A DNA stretch of 64,000 nucleotides, taken from NCBI GenBank assembly GCA_019058245.1, contig JAHPZJ010000008.1:64001-128000 (forward strand), read 5' to 3'. The position numbers were made by a program, and so were the translations under genes. Of the stretch, positions 9,650 through 19,341 are shown piece by piece. This stretch comes from Promethearchaeota archaeon (GTDB lineage Archaea; Asgardarchaeota; Lokiarchaeia; Sigyniarchaeales; SOKP01). How positions within the stretch are numbered: position 1 is the first letter of the stretch; each line of letters opens with the position of its first letter. Below the pieces are notes generated by a model. It saw nothing but the letters and a program-made list of their open reading frames with translations, searched no databases and was not told where the DNA came from.

Positions 9650-10006
9650 TTGGAAATTTTGAAAGAAAAAAGATGTCGGGTTATTAAGAAATACGAATCG
9701 CCATATACAGATCCTTTTTTAATAACTAAGGGAGAAATGTTATCTATTAGCGAAAAAGATAGTGAATGGTCAGGATGGATATGGTGTACTAAAAAAAATG
9801 GAATAAGTCGTTGGGTACCTGAGAGTTACCTTAAAATCGAGGGAAATTCTGGTAAAGCAAACCAAGATTATAATGCAACAGAACTTTCTGTTAATTTTGG
9901 AGAAGAATTATTCATTGAACAAGAAGAAGCTGAATGGTATTGGGTTACAAATCAGCAAGGAAAAAGTGGATGGGTTCCAATTAAAAATGTTCAAATAATT
10001 AACTAA
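9650..10006 (+). CDS. Tandem (2x) SH3-domain protein
   Basis: YESPYTDPFLITKGE...GWIWC...RWVPESYL and DYNATELSVNFGE...WYWV...GWVPIKNV match the SH3 consensus. Confidence 0.82.
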   Translation: MEILKEKRCRVIKKYESPYTDPFLITKGEMLSISEKDSEWSGWIWCTKKNGISRWVPESYLKIEGNSGKANQDYNATELSVNFGEELFIEQEEAEWYWVTNQQGKSGWVPIKNVQIIN

Positions 10007-10056
10007 AATTAAAATCATAGATTATTTATTAGAATCATAAACAAATTAATTTTAAA

Positions 10057-10866
10057 ATGCTAAAATACTCAAGCAGTAAAGAATGGTTCGAAATCATAAA
10101 ATATAAGGATTATTTATATGTAATCAGGGAAAGATTAGATGAAATTGATCCTCGGTTTTATACTACTTACACTAATTTATATTTACTTATAGGCGCTCAT
10201 TCAGCTTTATTGATTGATACGGGATGTGGTTTATTTCCACTCAAATCGATTATTGAAGATTTAATTTTGGATAAGATTCTACTAGTTATCAATACCCACT
10301 CTCATTTTGATCATGTTTGTGGAAATCATGAATTTGATAATATAATGATTCATAGAAGAGAACGTAGGCTAATTTCTAAACCTCGTGATATCGCATTTTT
10401 ACGTGATTCACCCAAAGAAATAATAAAACGCTATGAAAATAGTGGTTTCATAATACCACCTACTAAAGAAATCCAACCAGTAACAGATAACCAAGTTTTA
10501 GAGTTAGGTGGTTTATCTGTTAAAATTATTCATACACCTGGACATTCTCCTGGTTCAATATCTTTATTAACGGATAAAAATGAACTATTTACTGGAGATA
10601 CAGCACATTATGGAATGATGTATTTAACAAAAGCAGCATTTCCCATATTTCTTACAAGTATTATAAAATTGTTAGAATTATGTGAAGAGTCAAATAAAAT
10701 TGAAATCTATCCTTCTCATGAAGAATTTGCTGTTGGAAAAGATTTATTGGTAAATCTCAGTAATGGTGTAAAAAATATTGAGCATATTTGGGATACACGT
10801 AAAAGAGATGATTTTTTAGAAGCGTGGTTATTATCAGATGAGAATTTTAAATATTTAATTTTTTGA
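10057..10866 (+). CDS. Metallo-beta-lactamase-fold hydrolase
   Basis: LIDTG, THSHFDH, HTPGHSPG, FTGD and YPSH motifs. Confidence 0.9.
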   Translation: MLKYSSSKEWFEIIKYKDYLYVIRERLDEIDPRFYTTYTNLYLLIGAHSALLIDTGCGLFPLKSIIEDLILDKILLVINTHSHFDHVCGNHEFDNIMIHRRERRLISKPRDIAFLRDSPKEIIKRYENSGFIIPPTKEIQPVTDNQVLELGGLSVKIIHTPGHSPGSISLLTDKNELFTGDTAHYGMMYLTKAAFPIFLTSIIKLLELCEESNKIEIYPSHEEFAVGKDLLVNLSNGVKNIEHIWDTRKRDDFLEAWLLSDENFKYLIF

Positions 10867-10882
10867 ATTGATTTTTCTCTAA

Positions 10883-11338
10883 TTACATTTTCATTTTGAC
10901 TGCTATTATTTCGCCTGTTGCACATTCTTTATCTCTAACAAACATCGAACATGAAATATTAATTTTCCTTTCCTGCATATCCTTAATTCGCGCTCTGAAA
11001 ACCCACTGTTTATTCAATGGGGCCGGATTTAGATATTTCACAGATAAACTTCCTGTTAAATATAGCATTGGTGGATCTGTGCCAAATTCTCGACCTTCAG
11101 CTCTATAAGCGGCGGAAATTGCAGTATTAAGACAGTGACAATCAAGAATAGTGGCAATTATTCCCCCACATCCTCTACCTGAAAAGGCACAGTGATATTT
11201 TTTTGGTTTCCATGTACACACACATTCATCTCCTTCCCAATAGCTCTTTATCTGCAATCCATGCTCATTATTCCTCCCGCATCCCCAACAATAAGTGCCC
11301 ATTTCAGGCCATTGATCTTGTATTGCTCTATTTTCCAT
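10883..11338 (-). CDS. PaaI/hotdog-fold thioesterase
   Basis: CWGCG..NEHGLQ, GGIIATILDCH and TGSLSVKYL..P motifs. Confidence 0.85.
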   Translation of the reverse strand: MENRAIQDQWPEMGTYCWGCGRNNEHGLQIKSYWEGDECVCTWKPKKYHCAFSGRGCGGIIATILDCHCLNTAISAAYRAEGREFGTDPPMLYLTGSLSVKYLNPAPLNKQWVFRARIKDMQERKINISCSMFVRDKECATGEIIAVKMKM

Positions 11339-11468
11339 AAATAATCCTCTTTTTTGATTTTATATAAATTTATTTCTTTAATAATTTGAAATAACGTTAT
11401 TATCTTTGCTATAATTCCCTTATGAAATATCAATATTATTTAAAAAGTTTTAAGATAAATTGAGGAAA

Positions 11469-12182
11469 TTAAGTCTTTTTCCACCAGTAAGGAATTTCAA
11501 CATTTTTTAATTTATTATTATTAAAAAGTAAGATATCATCCTCATTAAAAGAAAGCGCGAATCCTCCTAGATATGATACCCAATTCTTACATGGAGGAAT
11601 TCCAAACCAACCAAAACGTAGTGCTATTAAAAAAAAGTCATGTGTAATATGGATATCTATGTTTCTATCAGGACTCTCTTTAAATTTCTTCGAAAATAGT
11701 TCAGCTGCTTTTTTACAGTATTCCTGTAGAGGTGTTATTTCATTTGGTAAATATAAACCTGCGATCCAGCGAAAAAAGAACTGCTTAGCTGAATGCGTTT
11801 TCATTTGATTTGGGAAAAAGTCTCGCGCAGTTTCTAAATTATAAAGAGGCCCAAAGGAACCTGATATTTCACCTTCGCCATCAATACCTTTAAATCCAGA
11901 TAAAATGTCTTCTGCTGTTTCTTGACATCTCCAAACAACGCTATGAAATAATCGAATGGATCTATCTCTAGGTAATTCTTCACCGAATTTCTTAGCAATC
12001 ATATGTCCTTCAGGTGTTAATCTAAGTTTGGTTATTGCATCTAACTCTTCAGGTTCATCTCTTTGAGAATGTCTAAGAATAAGGAGAATTTTTGAATTAT
12101 CTGGAAATTTTTTAAGTCCATCGATTATTTGTCGTGCTTCAGAAGTCCAATCTGCTTCTTTCCAAATTTTATTGATATCCAT
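11469..12182 (-). CDS. Histidine phosphatase superfamily protein
   Basis: LILRHS, LTPEG, RCQETA and ITHD motifs. Confidence 0.85.
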   Translation of the reverse strand: MDINKIWKEADWTSEARQIIDGLKKFPDNSKILLILRHSQRDEPEELDAITKLRLTPEGHMIAKKFGEELPRDRSIRLFHSVVWRCQETAEDILSGFKGIDGEGEISGSFGPLYNLETARDFFPNQMKTHSAKQFFFRWIAGLYLPNEITPLQEYCKKAAELFSKKFKESPDRNIDIHITHDFFLIALRFGWFGIPPCKNWVSYLGGFALSFNEDDILLFNNNKLKNVEIPYWWKKT

Positions 12183-12284
12183 ATAAATTAAAACATTATA
12201 TACCTTTAGAAAATTTACTTTTTATAAATTAAAAGCATAAGTTATTTTTGAAGCGATATTTATAATTAAAATAACTAAAGTAGG

Positions 12285-12620
12285 CTATTTTTCACTCAAT
12301 CCAGTTAAGACTTGCTCCATTTTCTCTCGGTAAATTTCAAAAGCTTCTCTGCCTTCTTTACTGAGTTTTAATATAGTTTGCGGTTTTTTACCCTTAAACT
12401 TTTTTTCTACTTCCACGTATCCTACAGATTCAAGTCTGTTTAAATGAGAAGATAAATTTCCATCAGTTAATCCCGTTTGATTTCTCAAGAAAACGAAATC
12501 AGCACTCTCAACGACATATAAAACTGACATAATCATCAATCTTGATGGTTCATGAATGATTTTATCAATGTCGCTGAGTGGTTGGATAATATCCTCTGAC
12601 TCCGCTTTCTTCTTTGCCAT
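12285..12620 (-). CDS. Winged-helix transcriptional regulator (ArsR-like/HTH_34)
   Basis: IIHEPSRLMIM...DFVFLR...LTDGNLSSHL..LE..GYV. Confidence 0.9.
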   Translation of the reverse strand: MAKKKAESEDIIQPLSDIDKIIHEPSRLMIMSVLYVVESADFVFLRNQTGLTDGNLSSHLNRLESVGYVEVEKKFKGKKPQTILKLSKEGREAFEIYREKMEQVLTGLSEK

Positions 12621-12630
12621 TGAAACACTC

Positions 12631-13266
12631 CTATTTTGTTAACTGATAATTTCTAAAAAATGTTATAAAATAATATAAGCCAATTACTACAATTACCCCT
12701 CCCGTAATACCAAAAGGAAGTAATATATCCAGAGGGGTCCCTACAATTGGATAAAGCAATTCTGTTAAAAAAAAACCTAATCCTGCCAGAATGGCATAAA
12801 TATATAATCTTGTGAAATCTAGAAAATAAGCTACTACCACAAAAGGTAAGGTTATTCCCCCTAATCCAAGAATTAATGTTATTATGAGTGGTTCGAATTC
12901 TATGGAATTAACTAAGTTTGAAAAAGGTAAAATCAATAGAACGATATTTAAAATGAAAAATGCAAATAAAAATATCCTGAGTTTTTGTTGCTTTGATTTA
13001 CGCTTTGGTCCAAATTTGACAATTCCTAGACGCGGAATAGTGATAAGTTTTTTCCCTAAATAAAATATCAAAAAGGCACTAATGTTTAATATTAAAACTG
13101 GAATAACAGCAAGCCATAACTCACTCAAATTGAGAATTGAACTCAAAAAGGTACTAAGCCCTACACTTAATATAATCAAACCGATAAATAAATCCCATAA
13201 CCCATCCTCGAATATTGACCTATAAGCTTTTCTCTCAAGCGATTTTAAATCTACATTTTCAGCCAT
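12631..13266 (-). CDS. Six-TM membrane protein, tandem paralog C
   Basis: DLKSLERKAYRSIFEDGLWD and ITIPRLGIVKFG motifs shared with its two neighbours. Confidence 0.8.
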   Translation of the reverse strand: MAENVDLKSLERKAYRSIFEDGLWDLFIGLIILSVGLSTFLSSILNLSELWLAVIPVLILNISAFLIFYLGKKLITIPRLGIVKFGPKRKSKQQKLRIFLFAFFILNIVLLILPFSNLVNSIEFEPLIITLILGLGGITLPFVVVAYFLDFTRLYIYAILAGLGFFLTELLYPIVGTPLDILLPFGITGGVIVVIGLYYFITFFRNYQLTK

Positions 13267-13269
13267 ATA

Positions 13270-13908
13270 TTAAGCCCTCTCCTCTTTTGGTAATGGATAT
13301 TTCTTAAGAAAACGAATAAAAAGTACTAAACCCATTAAAAAAATAACACTTCCTATAATCCCATATGATAAAAGCCATCTAACAGTATAATCTATGTAAT
13401 CATACAATAACTCATTGATGAATATAGCTAACCATATAAGCAATCCGATTAGATATAATCGGGGATATTTCATCAAATAGCCAATTATTCCAAAAATAGG
13501 TATAATAAATAAACCTATAATTAATATAAACATAATTCCTGTTACTTTTATCCCTGAACCACTTCCTGTAATTAATAAGATAATAAATATTAACTGGATT
13601 GTTACTTGAATAATTATCACAATGAATAATTTTTTTCTCATTGATTTTATAGAAGCACCTGGTTTAGCAATCCCTGTTCTCGGTTGAATGACGTATTTAA
13701 TAATAGTAATAAGACACACCTCCGCTATTATCACAAGAATTAATGGCCATAAAAAATACTTATATGGTGAGGGTAAGGTTTCACGAAAGAAAGGACCAAA
13801 ACTCATTCCCGCGACTATAAAGCCAATAAGCATATCAAAGGCCCCATGCTGGTGGGCTGTTTTGAGAATATTTTTCTCAATTTTTTTTAAATCAATATTC
13901 TCTACCAT
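13270..13908 (-). CDS. Six-TM membrane protein, tandem paralog B
   Basis: DLKKIEK...HGAFD, IQPRTGIAKPG and RFLKKYP motifs. Confidence 0.8.
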   Translation of the reverse strand: MVENIDLKKIEKNILKTAHQHGAFDMLIGFIVAGMSFGPFFRETLPSPYKYFLWPLILVIIAEVCLITIIKYVIQPRTGIAKPGASIKSMRKKLFIVIIIQVTIQLIFIILLITGSGSGIKVTGIMFILIIGLFIIPIFGIIGYLMKYPRLYLIGLLIWLAIFINELLYDYIDYTVRWLLSYGIIGSVIFLMGLVLFIRFLKKYPLPKEERA

Positions 13909-13911
13909 TTT

Positions 13912-14559
13912 TTAAGCCATCTCCTCTTTATGTACTGGGTATTTCTGGAGAAATTTGATTAAAGAAATAAGACCCATGAGTATTATTATTCCACTTACAA
14001 TGCTAAATACTATTAAAACATCAAAAGGTTCAGGTAGAAAAAGTGAGAATACATCTGACAAAAAGAAACTTAATCCTACCAGTAAACCGAAAATATAAAA
14101 AGGAGGATGTTGTAAGAAATATGCTGTAAAACATACAGGAGCTGTTATAAAAAGTAATCCTAAAATTAATCCATCTAAATATCCTGGAAATTCTAAGCTT
14201 AATTCAGGATTAGTAAATCGGATTAAAAATAGGATTAAAAGAATAAGGAGATTTATAGATAATACAAATAATGTTTTTAATTTACGCCCTTTTCGTTTAA
14301 TTCCAAATTTTACTATACCTAATCTAGGTTGAGTAATTAATTTTTTTGCAGTTAAAAAAAAAGCTAACCCTATTCCAATAAAAATAATTATAATAAATTT
14401 ATCGAGAGGGTTAGGCACCACAGGACTAAGAGTCATCCCCATACCAAGCCCTAGAATTAATATACCAAAATAAATATCCAAAATTCCATCTTCGAGTGTC
14501 GATCTCCATGTTTTTTTCTCGATTTCCTTTAAATCAATCTTTTCTGTTATTTTTTTCAC
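13912..14559 (-). CDS. Six-TM membrane protein, tandem paralog A
   Basis: DLKEIEKKTWRSTLEDGILD, ITQPRLGIVKFG and KFLQKYP motifs. Confidence 0.8.
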   Translation of the reverse strand: MKKITEKIDLKEIEKKTWRSTLEDGILDIYFGILILGLGMGMTLSPVVPNPLDKFIIIIFIGIGLAFFLTAKKLITQPRLGIVKFGIKRKGRKLKTLFVLSINLLILLILFLIRFTNPELSLEFPGYLDGLILGLLFITAPVCFTAYFLQHPPFYIFGLLVGLSFFLSDVFSLFLPEPFDVLIVFSIVSGIIILMGLISLIKFLQKYPVHKEEMA

Positions 14560-14573
14560 CTTAATATTATATT

Positions 14574-14669
14574 TTAAGACATATTATCTAAGAATATCAT
14601 GATGTTTACTATAAAAATTGCAGAAAACACAATGATTAATATGATTCTTAAAACTAATATCTTTTTCAT
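14574..14669 (-). CDS. Unannotated 31-aa single-TM peptide (MKKILVLRIILIIVFSAIFIVNIMIFLDNMS)
   Basis: ATG preceded by a GGAGG Shine-Dalgarno; lies inside a co-oriented operon. Confidence 0.55.
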   Translation of the reverse strand: MKKILVLRIILIIVFSAIFIVNIMIFLDNMS

Positions 14670-14759
14670 TAATTTATCCTCCGTTGATTTATTATTTTTT
14701 ATTTCTTAATTGATAACCTATTAAAAAAAAGAAAGAAATGAAATTTCTTCGAACTTATT

Positions 14760-16412
14760 TTACTCCAATCTATTCAATTTTTTCATACCAAAATACAAAA
14801 GTGGAAGACTCACCCCGATATTATACAGAAATAAAGGTGCTTGTATAACTACCCTCATCAACTCGACACTTCCAGGATTAATAAATATCAATAAGCTTAT
14901 TGGTAGAAACATTAAAGGTTGTAAAAGTAACATAGAGATCATTGTATTTCCTTTCATACTTGAATCTTTTTCTCCGAAAGCGGGAGAAATACATTGGAGT
15001 CCCATCGCTTGACACATTGAAATCTCTGCAAATATCAAAAATTCAACAAAGAAAATCACTGTATTGAAAAGATCTATATCAGAGAATATCGTAAGCATTG
15101 TAGTAACAAAAATTGTTAAGAAGATATTAAAGATTAGCATCATAAGCAGATAAGAATATACAATTGCTTTTATTCCCCTTGGAGATCTCTTGTAAACCCA
15201 AATTAAATCCTTCGAATCAATAAAAGCGAGATGACCAACAATTATACTTCCTATTCCTCCTCCTATAGCTATCAATATAGTAGAACTGAAAACTATCATA
15301 GCTTCATCCTCAACCATTCTTGAAATAAACCAACTCATAAATCCTAGAAGTCCAACTACATAAGCAACTCTAGCAATATTGGCCTTTTTTCTGAAAAACC
15401 TCTTTAGTTGTATAACAATTAAACCTCCCCACTTACGACCAGAAATTTTTCTCACGAGCTTATAAAAGGGATTTTCATGCTCAATGATTGTAATACTGCT
15501 CTTTTCGACACCACCTTCTAAAGTATAGAAGGATTCCGCTTTTCTATATGAAAGATATAATGTAATAATTGGTATTCCAACGGCTAATAACACATTAATC
15601 CATATATTCAAAATGAAAGTATTGATTAAAACTGGATCAATTGAGTACAATATAATATTTGAAAACCATAGAGATGGATAAAAAGCTAGCCAGTTTTTTA
15701 GTTCAGGATGCTCCAATAGATAGTTAAGGAAAAACATTATCGCGTACATTATTACAACTAAAAGAATGGTAAATACCCATACCAATGCCTTTCCTAAATC
15801 TCTTGCTTTTTCATTTTTAGAAATTTTATGTTCAATCCAGCTTCCGACGATTGATCCTATTAGATTAGCAAAATATACATGACCAAAAACTATTCCATAT
15901 ATTATGAGATACTGGAACACCGTTAAATTAATAATAGGATTTATCAATCCAACGATTATAGGGGTAATTATTAAGATTGCAACTGAATACATAGGAGCTT
16001 TACCTAAGAATTCGCCTAAAAAGATATCATTTGCCCTAACGGGGGTTGCTAATAAAATTTCTTTAGATCCAATTTCTTCCTCCTTATATATATTATTTAA
16101 CGGGTATATGACTAAAACTAAAAACAGCATCATCATAATAGATTCGATGGTAATTGCTATCACCGGTTTAAATACATCAGAAAATTGTTCTGCTAAAGTG
16201 GGCATAAACAAATCGAATAGATAAGGTGCAATAACTACTGCCCATATTATTAAAAGTGAATACAATGCAATAAAAAATAACATACGATGATTTCTGAAAG
16301 AACTTGTTCTAATTCTTATCTCATTTCTTGCAATAGTTTTCCATAAACTCTTCTTTTGATGTGCTAGTCTAATAGAAGCTTCCTTTTTAATATCGGTTAC
16401 GGTTGAATCCAT
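14760..16412 (-). CDS. ABC exporter permease (multi-TM, two-halved)
   Basis: Many TM helices; EILLATPVRANDIFLGEFL motif. Start moved to ATG 16412 (MDSTVTDIK), just downstream of the ATPase stop. Confidence 0.75.
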   Translation of the reverse strand: MDSTVTDIKKEASIRLAHQKKSLWKTIARNEIRIRTSSFRNHRMLFFIALYSLLIIWAVVIAPYLFDLFMPTLAEQFSDVFKPVIAITIESIMMMLFLVLVIYPLNNIYKEEEIGSKEILLATPVRANDIFLGEFLGKAPMYSVAILIITPIIVGLINPIINLTVFQYLIIYGIVFGHVYFANLIGSIVGSWIEHKISKNEKARDLGKALVWVFTILLVVIMYAIMFFLNYLLEHPELKNWLAFYPSLWFSNIILYSIDPVLINTFILNIWINVLLAVGIPIITLYLSYRKAESFYTLEGGVEKSSITIIEHENPFYKLVRKISGRKWGGLIVIQLKRFFRKKANIARVAYVVGLLGFMSWFISRMVEDEAMIVFSSTILIAIGGGIGSIIVGHLAFIDSKDLIWVYKRSPRGIKAIVYSYLLMMLIFNIFLTIFVTTMLTIFSDIDLFNTVIFFVEFLIFAEISMCQAMGLQCISPAFGEKDSSMKGNTMISMLLLQPLMFLPISLLIFINPGSVELMRVVIQAPLFLYNIGVSLPLLYFGMKKLNRLE

Positions 16413-16446
16413 TACTTCTTCAGTTGTGAGAACTGTCACGTGAAAT

Positions 16447-17280
16447 CTACCTCGATCTTTTATTTTTCTTATTTTTGTTTTTTTTACTTTCATTATGATT
16501 ATTGTTAGGATTCTCCTCTCGCCAGCCAAGTAAATCATCTATATGGGATGCTCCTGTAATTTTTAAGTATGCTTCTTCTAAATCTCTAGCTCCAACAGAT
16601 TCAATTATCTCTTTTGGTGTTCCTTCGACTTTTATTTCTCCATCAATAATGATTCCAATGATATCACATAATTCTTCAGCTGTATCGAGAAGATGAGTAC
16701 AAATAAAAATCGTTTTTTCAGCTTTCTTGACCAGTTGAGAAATTAAATCTTTAACCATTCTAGCTGCAGCAGGATCTAAATTTGATGTAGGCTCATCTAA
16801 AAATATTATTTCTGGATCTTGAATTAAAGCAGCACATAAACAAACTTTTTGTTTCATACCTCTTGAATAACCCTCTAAAAGATCATTTTCTCGACCTTCT
16901 AAATTAAACAACTCTATTAACTCATCTATTCGAGCGGAAATTACACTTTTTTGCAAATAATATAATTCTCCAATGAATTCTAAGAATTCTTTAGCAGTAA
17001 GTTTCGAATATAATCCAGGGGCCTCCGGTAAAAATCCACATATCATTTTAACTTTCTGACTTTCCGCTACGATGTCATATCCTCCAACTGATGCGTTTCC
17101 TGAAGTCTTAGAAATAATAGCATTAAGCATCCTAACAGTTGTGGTTTTTCCGGCTCCGTTTGGTCCTAATAAACCATAGGTCTTTCCATAGGGGATGGTT
17201 AAATCTATTTTATTGACCGCAAGAAGTTCACCAAAATTCTTGGTAAGATTTTGGGTTTTTATTGCGTATGCTTTACTCAT
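16447..17280 (-). CDS. ABC transporter ATP-binding protein
   Basis: Walker A GPNGAGKTT, signature YSRGMKQK, Walker B IFLDEPT. Confidence 0.95.
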   Translation of the reverse strand: MSKAYAIKTQNLTKNFGELLAVNKIDLTIPYGKTYGLLGPNGAGKTTTVRMLNAIISKTSGNASVGGYDIVAESQKVKMICGFLPEAPGLYSKLTAKEFLEFIGELYYLQKSVISARIDELIELFNLEGRENDLLEGYSRGMKQKVCLCAALIQDPEIIFLDEPTSNLDPAAARMVKDLISQLVKKAEKTIFICTHLLDTAEELCDIIGIIIDGEIKVEGTPKEIIESVGARDLEEAYLKITGASHIDDLLGWREENPNNNHNESKKNKNKKNKRSR

Positions 17281-17341
17281 ATTTTTTACCTCTTTTTTTG
17301 ATTAATTTTTAATTTTATTTTTTTTGTTTTTAGATTTGAAA

Positions 17342-17614
17342 TTATAATATGTAAAGAATTAACTTCATGCCTTCTGATATTATTAGGCATGAAAGTAATA
17401 GCCATAATACTTTTTTATATTGAAAATCTTGATCTTGTTCAGTTTTTAACCGTTGTTTAGTTTCAAAATAAATCGCTGGCATAATTATTAGAAATATTGG
17501 AATCATATCTCGGCGATCAAAAATAACATTATATGTAAGTAAAAGAATACTTGCAATATCCGAAATAACCAATGCAGCAATTAAGCCCCTCTCAGTAGTG
17601 TTCAAGGTTTTCAT
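17342..17614 (-). CDS. Small membrane protein
   Basis: About three hydrophobic segments; co-oriented in the operon. Confidence 0.6.
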   Translation of the reverse strand: MKTLNTTERGLIAALVISDIASILLLTYNVIFDRRDMIPIFLIIMPAIYFETKQRLKTEQDQDFQYKKVLWLLLSCLIISEGMKLILYIL

Positions 17615-17655
17615 CTTCTCTTTTTTACATCTCCAATCTTTTTTTAAATTCTTAA

Positions 17656-17877
17656 TTATATTTGATTCTCCATTTCGATTTTACTATTGTTTATTTCATT
17701 AGGAATATTCCTTTCAATTCGATATTTAATTAAAAAACCAAGATTCGTGGCTAAAGAAATTCCTAGAAACATTCCTTCTAAAAAGCTAATTAATGGTAGA
17801 TCTGGCAAGAACATACTCATTATTAGAGATATTGCTAAAGAACTTGTTCCAATGATATACATAAATTCTTTCTTCAT
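17656..17877 (-). CDS. Small two-TM membrane protein
   Basis: Two hydrophobic helices (FLEGMFLGISL); first clear gene of the operon. Confidence 0.65.
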   Translation of the reverse strand: MKKEFMYIIGTSSLAISLIMSMFLPDLPLISFLEGMFLGISLATNLGFLIKYRIERNIPNEINNSKIEMENQI

Positions 17878-17979
17878 ATTTGAGCTAACCTAAATTGAAC
17901 TAATTGATATATTATAGATTTTGTTATTTTCATTCCATAGAGACTTTCTTAAGTCTTACTAAAATAATATGAAAAGAAA

Positions 17980-18016
17980 TATTTAAAGCTTTGTATCGCA
18001 AAGTACTTTACGATCA
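17980..18016 (-). promoter_or_regulatory. Putative TATA box with adjacent CTTTG-N5-CAAAG operator
   Basis: Minus-strand TTTAAATA at 17987-17980; inverted repeat CTTTG-TATCG-CAAAG at 17989-18003; a degenerate second half-site (ACTTTAC) follows. Confidence 0.45.
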
Positions 18017-18369
18017 TAATTATAAATCTAATATAGTGAAAGGTTAATTACACATAAATCTTTAAAGATTATATTAATTATTTTGTTTTTTTTATAGGAA
18101 AATTAAATATTGAATTGATAAATAAGTACAAACACAAAAATGAAATGCTTTTTTATTTTCTGAATTATTTCAATTTATATCATCCTAATTTATCGAAAAA
18201 ATCTTTTATGGATCCAGAGAGATTTAATAAATAATATCGATAAGGTTCAAAAGCATTTTTTTAAATGAACTTTGAGAGATGAAGACATAAAAAATGGAGT
18301 TTATATCAATAAAATGATTCATATAGATATAGATACTAATTATTATAAATCTTTAATTCAAAGTTATAA

Positions 18370-19287
18370 GTGATTATAAACATGGAAAGTAGTTATATCC
18401 ACAGAACGATTAGGAAAAAAGAAGATGTAGGGAGACAAGGAGAAATAAATTCATTAAAATTTACGCCTGATGGGAAATATATTGTTTGTGCTTCAAAAAA
18501 TTATATTGAAATATGGGATTATGAATCTGGAAATCAAATTAGAAAAATTAAAGCAACTACAGGTACTTTTAGTTGGGTAAATGATGTTGCCGTTTCGCCT
18601 GATGGAAAATATATAATTTCTGGAATTGAGAATATTAGGACACAAGTATGGGAGTTTTTATCGGGAAATTTGGTATGGAAAGCTAAAACCGGTGGAGCCA
18701 CTTTAAAGGTTGATGTTTCTACTGACGGGAAATTTGTTGTAGGTGTGAATGGGAATGCGATACGTTTATGGGAACTGGAGACAGGAGAGCTTATTGATAA
18801 ATTTAAAACCCATGGTTCAAGTAGGACATTTGCACTCTCTTCAGATAATAAGTATATAGGTTATCAGAGAGGGAAAAAAGCTATTTATATATGGGATATA
18901 TCAAGCAGAATTATCATAAGGGAACTTAAAACTAAAAAAATTGGGTGGGTATGGGACCTTGTTATAACTCCGGATATGAAATATGTTATTAGTGGTTCAT
19001 GGAATAAACTTATACACGTTTGGGAATTTTCAACTGGTGATAAGATTACTACTCTTGAGGGTCATAAGAGTTCAGTATATTCTCTTGCGGTAACTCCCGA
19101 TGGAAAATATTTAGTCAGTGGCTCAGGGGATAAAACAGTAAAGATATGGGAAGTATCTTCGCTTCAATTAATACGTACTTTAACCGAGCATAAGGGAGGA
19201 GTTTTTGCTGTTGCAAGTTCCCCTGATGGGAAATTTATTGCCAGTGGATCTACAGATCAAACTATAAAAATATGGGATCTTCCTTGA
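18370..19287 (+). CDS. WD40-repeat beta-propeller protein
   Basis: About seven repeats such as LEGHKSSVYSLAVTPDGKYLVSGSGDKTVKIWE. Confidence 0.95.
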   Translation: MIINMESSYIHRTIRKKEDVGRQGEINSLKFTPDGKYIVCASKNYIEIWDYESGNQIRKIKATTGTFSWVNDVAVSPDGKYIISGIENIRTQVWEFLSGNLVWKAKTGGATLKVDVSTDGKFVVGVNGNAIRLWELETGELIDKFKTHGSSRTFALSSDNKYIGYQRGKKAIYIWDISSRIIIRELKTKKIGWVWDLVITPDMKYVISGSWNKLIHVWEFSTGDKITTLEGHKSSVYSLAVTPDGKYLVSGSGDKTVKIWEVSSLQLIRTLTEHKGGVFAVASSPDGKFIASGSTDQTIKIWDLP

Positions 19288-19341
19288 TACTAAGATATTT
19301 TTTGAATTAGGAATAGATAATATGAAATCTACGATTAGAAT

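Noticed and set aside
16413-16538. ORF-track N-terminal extension of the ABC permease
   Set aside because: It overlaps the ATPase 3' end by about 90 nt. ATG 16412 with a purine-rich upstream sequence is more plausible.
18170-18330. Possible decayed coding fragment upstream of the WD40 gene
   Set aside because: Multiple stops and only a weak resemblance to a GNAT C-terminus; not supportable by eye.
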